47,298 bases of DNA from Legionellales bacterium (GTDB lineage Bacteria; Pseudomonadota; Gammaproteobacteria; Eutrophobiales; Eutrophobiaceae). Where the stretch lies: NCBI GenBank assembly GCA_002692205.1, contig NZJM01000061.1, positions 1 through 47,298 of the forward strand. Reading direction: 5' to 3'. The notes below the pieces were generated by a model. That model was not told the DNA's origin and ran no database searches. It saw nothing but the letters and a program-made list of their open reading frames with translations. Positions within the stretch are counted from its first letter, which is position 1. Each line of letters starts with the position of its first letter. This document shows, one piece after another, positions 44,220 to 47,298 of the stretch. The position numbers and the translations under genes are program-made.

Positions 44220-45422
44220 TTAGTATGCGTCTTTTATAAATCTTTTGATTCGTATAGTAGCCTCAATACATTCAGTAATATCTGAAACAAGAGCTATACG
44301 AATTCTCCCATAACCTGGGTTAATGCCATGAAAATCTCGAGAAAGATATGATCCTGGCAGGACTTTTACATTCTCTCTTGTATATAGCTCTCTTGCAAAG
44401 TCTATATCAGAATGCGGTATTCTTGGCCATAAGTAGAACCCTCCCAGCGGTATAGATACTTTCAAAATAGTGGTTAATTCATCACAGACTTTTGTGAATT
44501 TTTCTCTATATAGATTGCGATTCTCCTTAACATGTTTTTCATCATTCCATGCCGCAATACTTGTTTTTTGAACATGTAATGGCATCGCGCAACCATGGTA
44601 AGTTCGATAATGGTAAAATTTTTTTATCAAGTTTTTATCTCCAGCGACAAAACCCGATCTAAGTCCTGGTAGATTAGATCGTTTTGAAAGACTATGGAAT
44701 ACCAAACAACCTTTATATTCACTATTACCTAATTTATTCGCGTATTCAAGTAATCCTATAGGAGGCTTTGCTTCGTCTCGATATATTTCTGAATAACATT
44801 CATCAGAAGCAACAACAAAACCATGTTCATCTGAGAGCTCCAAAAGTTTTTTTACAAAATCAAAATTGATTATTGCTCCACTTGGGTTGCCTGGAGAACA
44901 TAAATAAAATAATTGGCATCGTTGCCATACCTCTTTTTTGATTAATGATAAATCAGGTATAAAACCATTTTCTTCAGTACAATTTAAATAATATGGTTTA
45001 GCTCCAGCCAGTAAGACGGCGCCCTCGTAGATTTGATAAAATGGATTTGGTAAAATCGCTATTGGATTGTCGTAATTTTTATCTATTACCGTTTGTGCAA
45101 TTGAAAAAAGTGCCTCTCTAGTTCCGTTTACAGGTAATATATTTTTATCTTCATCTATAGTTATTTTAGGAAGATTGAAACGGTTGCATAACCAGTTTGC
45201 AATAGCAACTCTTAATTCATTTGTACCAAGCGTAGTTGGATATACTGAAACTCCATCGAGATTTGATTTGAAAATATCTAATATAAATTCTGGAGTTGAA
45301 TGTTTAGGCTCCCCAATTGCCAGTGATATTATTTTTTTTTCTGTATCGGTTTCAATTTTACCTAGTAATTTTTCTAGTTTTTGAAATGGGTAAGTATGTA
45401 GTTTTTCTAGTTCAGGATTCAT
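44220..45422 (-). CDS. dapC: N-succinyldiaminopimelate aminotransferase
   Basis: YPFQKL, IGEPKH, GTREALF, DECYSE, SLSKRS..PGLRSG, YRTYHGC. Confidence 0.93.
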   Translation of the reverse strand: MNPELEKLHTYPFQKLEKLLGKIETDTEKKIISLAIGEPKHSTPEFILDIFKSNLDGVSVYPTTLGTNELRVAIANWLCNRFNLPKITIDEDKNILPVNGTREALFSIAQTVIDKNYDNPIAILPNPFYQIYEGAVLLAGAKPYYLNCTEENGFIPDLSLIKKEVWQRCQLFYLCSPGNPSGAIINFDFVKKLLELSDEHGFVVASDECYSEIYRDEAKPPIGLLEYANKLGNSEYKGCLVFHSLSKRSNLPGLRSGFVAGDKNLIKKFYHYRTYHGCAMPLHVQKTSIAAWNDEKHVKENRNLYREKFTKVCDELTTILKVSIPLGGFYLWPRIPHSDIDFARELYTRENVKVLPGSYLSRDFHGINPGYGRIRIALVSDITECIEATIRIKRFIKDAY

Positions 45423-45450
45423 AACAATAAGTTTTTACAGTTATATTTTT

Positions 45451-45735
45451 TTATGTATTGATTAGTATTCGAATTAAACCCGCTGTCAATATTACCAATG
45501 TTGTGAAAAATATAGATAAATAAATTGTGTCTTTTTCAAAATACGATACAACCATTAAACATGTCATACCTATTATGGTTGATGCAAAATCATACACCTC
45601 AGAAATTTCTCCAGAACGAATAATAACTCCAAGAATAATACATAAGCCACCTAACCATCTTAGTCTGTTTAAATCTGTCTCTCTGTATAGTGGAATTTTA
45701 TAAACTTGATGCATTTTTTGTTCAATAAGCCCCAT
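45451..45735 (-). CDS. Small 3-TM membrane protein (possibly DUF6552-like)
   Basis: 94 aa, three hydrophobic segments, strong RBS AGGAGA 7 nt before the ATG; family resemblance is from memory only. Confidence 0.65.
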   Translation of the reverse strand: MGLIEQKMHQVYKIPLYRETDLNRLRWLGGLCIILGVIIRSGEISEVYDFASTIIGMTCLMVVSYFEKDTIYLSIFFTTLVILTAGLIRILINT

Positions 45736-45766
45736 ACGTGTATCTCCTAAAAGTTTTGATATTGGG

Positions 45767-45850
45767 TGTCATCACTAATTAATCTTATCATTAATTATAC
45801 GACATGGTTCTTAGCATCCTCAATCTGAGTCGCTCTATTTTATTAAGGAT
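45767..45850 (-). promoter_or_regulatory. Candidate structured 5' leader (two stem-loops)
   Basis: Stems AUCCUUAAU/AUUGAGGAU and UGUCGU/AUGACA plus UAAUUAAU/AUUAAUUA; the G-U pairs form only on the minus strand. Confidence 0.35.
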
Positions 45851-46017
45851 TTCTTGTATATTATTGTATGTATAGCAACATTATGCTTATTTTCGCAAAA
45901 TAGATTACTGCTGGAGCATTAAAATATCATCTATTTCGTGACATTTTATTACATAGATGTATGCTTTCGTACTTTTTAAAATATTGTTATTTTTTTACAA
46001 ACATTAAAAATTAGAAT

Positions 46018-47106
46018 ATGGCTAAGAAAATTCTACTACTACCTGGTGATGGTATCGGTCCAGAAATCGTTGCCCAAGCCGAGAAAGTGTTATTATTCCT
46101 TATTAGGAAAGGAAAGTTACATGTTGAGCTTGAACATGGATTAATTGGTGGGAGTGCTGTCGACGAAACTGGTTTTCCCTTACCCAGTGAGACAGTAAAA
46201 AAAGCAAAACAATCAACGGCTATATTAATGGGGTCTGTTGGTGGCCCCAAATGGGATTCTATTGATCGCCCATTACGTCCAGAAAGAGGGCTTTTGGCAA
46301 TTAGGGCAGAGCTCGGCCTATTCGCTAATTTACGTCCCGCTTTTTTGTTTTCTGAGTTAGCAAAAGCCTCTACTTTAAATAGGGAAGTAGTTGCTGGTCT
46401 TGATCTTATGATTGTTCGAGAACTTACCGGAGGTATTTATTTTGGTAATCCTCGCGGTATAAGAGAACTTGATGATGGCCAAAGGGAAGGATTTAATACA
46501 CTCGTTTATAATGAGAAAGAAATTAAACGCATTGCCAAAGTTGCATTTGAAACTGCAAGTAAGCGAAATGGTCGACTATGCTCGGTTGATAAAGCAAATG
46601 TTCTCGAGGCCACCGAATTATGGCGAGAAGTTATTGAGAAAATGAAAAAAGATTATCCAGCAGTCGAGTTACAGCATATGTATGTTGATAATGCAGCTAT
46701 GCAATTAGTTAGAAAACCTAAACAATTTGACGTAATTGTAACAACAAATATGTTTGGCGATATTTTATCAGATCTGGCATCAATGTTAACTGGTTCGATT
46801 GGGATGCTTCCCTCCGCATCTTTAGCTCATGATGGAAAGGGAATGTATGAGCCAGCGCACGGGTCAGCACCGGATATTGCCGGTAAAGATATTGCGAATC
46901 CTTTAGCCACTATTTTGTCATTATCGATGCTTTTGAGATATTCTTTATTTGAAGAAGAGCTGGCAGATAAATTGGAGAAATCAGTTGCTAACGTACTAGA
47001 AAGTGGTCTTAGAACACAAGATATTAATTCCGATGGAATGAAATGTATCGGAACGAACGAGATGGGTGATGCAGTTGTAAATAATTATTCAACATTGGTC
47101 AGTTAG
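46018..47106 (+). CDS. leuB: 3-isopropylmalate dehydrogenase
   Basis: [45 protein letters not shown]. Confidence 0.97.
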   Translation: MAKKILLLPGDGIGPEIVAQAEKVLLFLIRKGKLHVELEHGLIGGSAVDETGFPLPSETVKKAKQSTAILMGSVGGPKWDSIDRPLRPERGLLAIRAELGLFANLRPAFLFSELAKASTLNREVVAGLDLMIVRELTGGIYFGNPRGIRELDDGQREGFNTLVYNEKEIKRIAKVAFETASKRNGRLCSVDKANVLEATELWREVIEKMKKDYPAVELQHMYVDNAAMQLVRKPKQFDVIVTTNMFGDILSDLASMLTGSIGMLPSASLAHDGKGMYEPAHGSAPDIAGKDIANPLATILSLSMLLRYSLFEEELADKLEKSVANVLESGLRTQDINSDGMKCIGTNEMGDAVVNNYSTLVS

Positions 47107-47122
47107 GCTATTTGTAAAGCAT

Positions 47123-47298
47123 ATGAAAGAAAAGAAATATAATGTTGCGATTGTAGGTGCTACAGGTTTAGTAGGACAAACTATGCTCTCAATAATAGAG
47201 CAATGCGATTTTCCTGTAGATAAAGTTTTTGCTTTGGCAAGCAGTCGCTCAGCTGGAGAAAAAATACTATTTAAGGGAAATGATTTAGTTGTTGAAGA
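47123..47298 (+). CDS. asd: Aspartate-semialdehyde dehydrogenase (5' part, runs off window)
   Basis: Manual translation MKEKKYNVAIVGATGLVGQTML...FP....ALASSRSAG; leuB-asd linkage. Confidence 0.9.
   Translation, partial: MKEKKYNVAIVGATGLVGQTMLSIIEQCDFPVDKVFALASSRSAGEKILFKGNDLVVE

Noticed and set aside
45762-45804. Resemblance to purine (UCGUAUAAU..GAUAAG) or fluoride (UGAUGACACC) riboswitch fragments
   Set aside because: The purine P3/UUCUACC elements and the fluoride GGCGAUGGUG pseudoknot partner are missing.
45957-46007. Short ORF upstream of leuB (MYAFVLFKILLFFYKH) as a leucine attenuator peptide
   Set aside because: No RBS, no long Leu run and no terminator hairpin before leuB.

Overview
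AT-rich, gene-dense chromosomal segment of a gammaproteobacterium, probably a streamlined aquatic lineage (inferred from E. coli/Pseudomonas-type core genes, fabA-fabB, dapC-dapD-arsC and leuB-asd). It is mostly housekeeping: lgt-thyA-folA, apaGH, lptD-surA-pdxA-rsmA, metG/apbC-dcd-cysG, fabAB, ispG, acs, carAB-greA-rlmE-ftsH-glmM, dapCD and leuB-asd. I see no rRNA, tRNA, CRISPR array or mobile element. The best signals are regulatory. (1) The LexA recognition helix looks alphaproteobacterial/Gram-positive-like, and its promoter carries GAAC-N7-GAAC and GTTC-N7-GTAC direct repeats instead of the gammaproteobacterial CTGT-N8-ACAG box. (2) A nitrogen block has a complete NtrC-IHF-sigma54 promoter driving a TorF-family porin, glnK1 and amtB1, followed by a second glnK-amtB pair. 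The amtB1 3'UTR carries an anti-SD/anti-AUG segment complementary to the amtB2 start region (candidate 3'UTR sRNA). (3) A terminator lies inside the short carAB leader. (4) A structured leader precedes a small 3-TM protein. (5) There is a CNB-CNB-rhodanese protein. (6) Several conserved operons are rearranged: no folP between ftsH and glmM, yhbY behind a C-terminally short metG, and rsmA separated from apaG. All calls come from reading the sequence; no searches were run.
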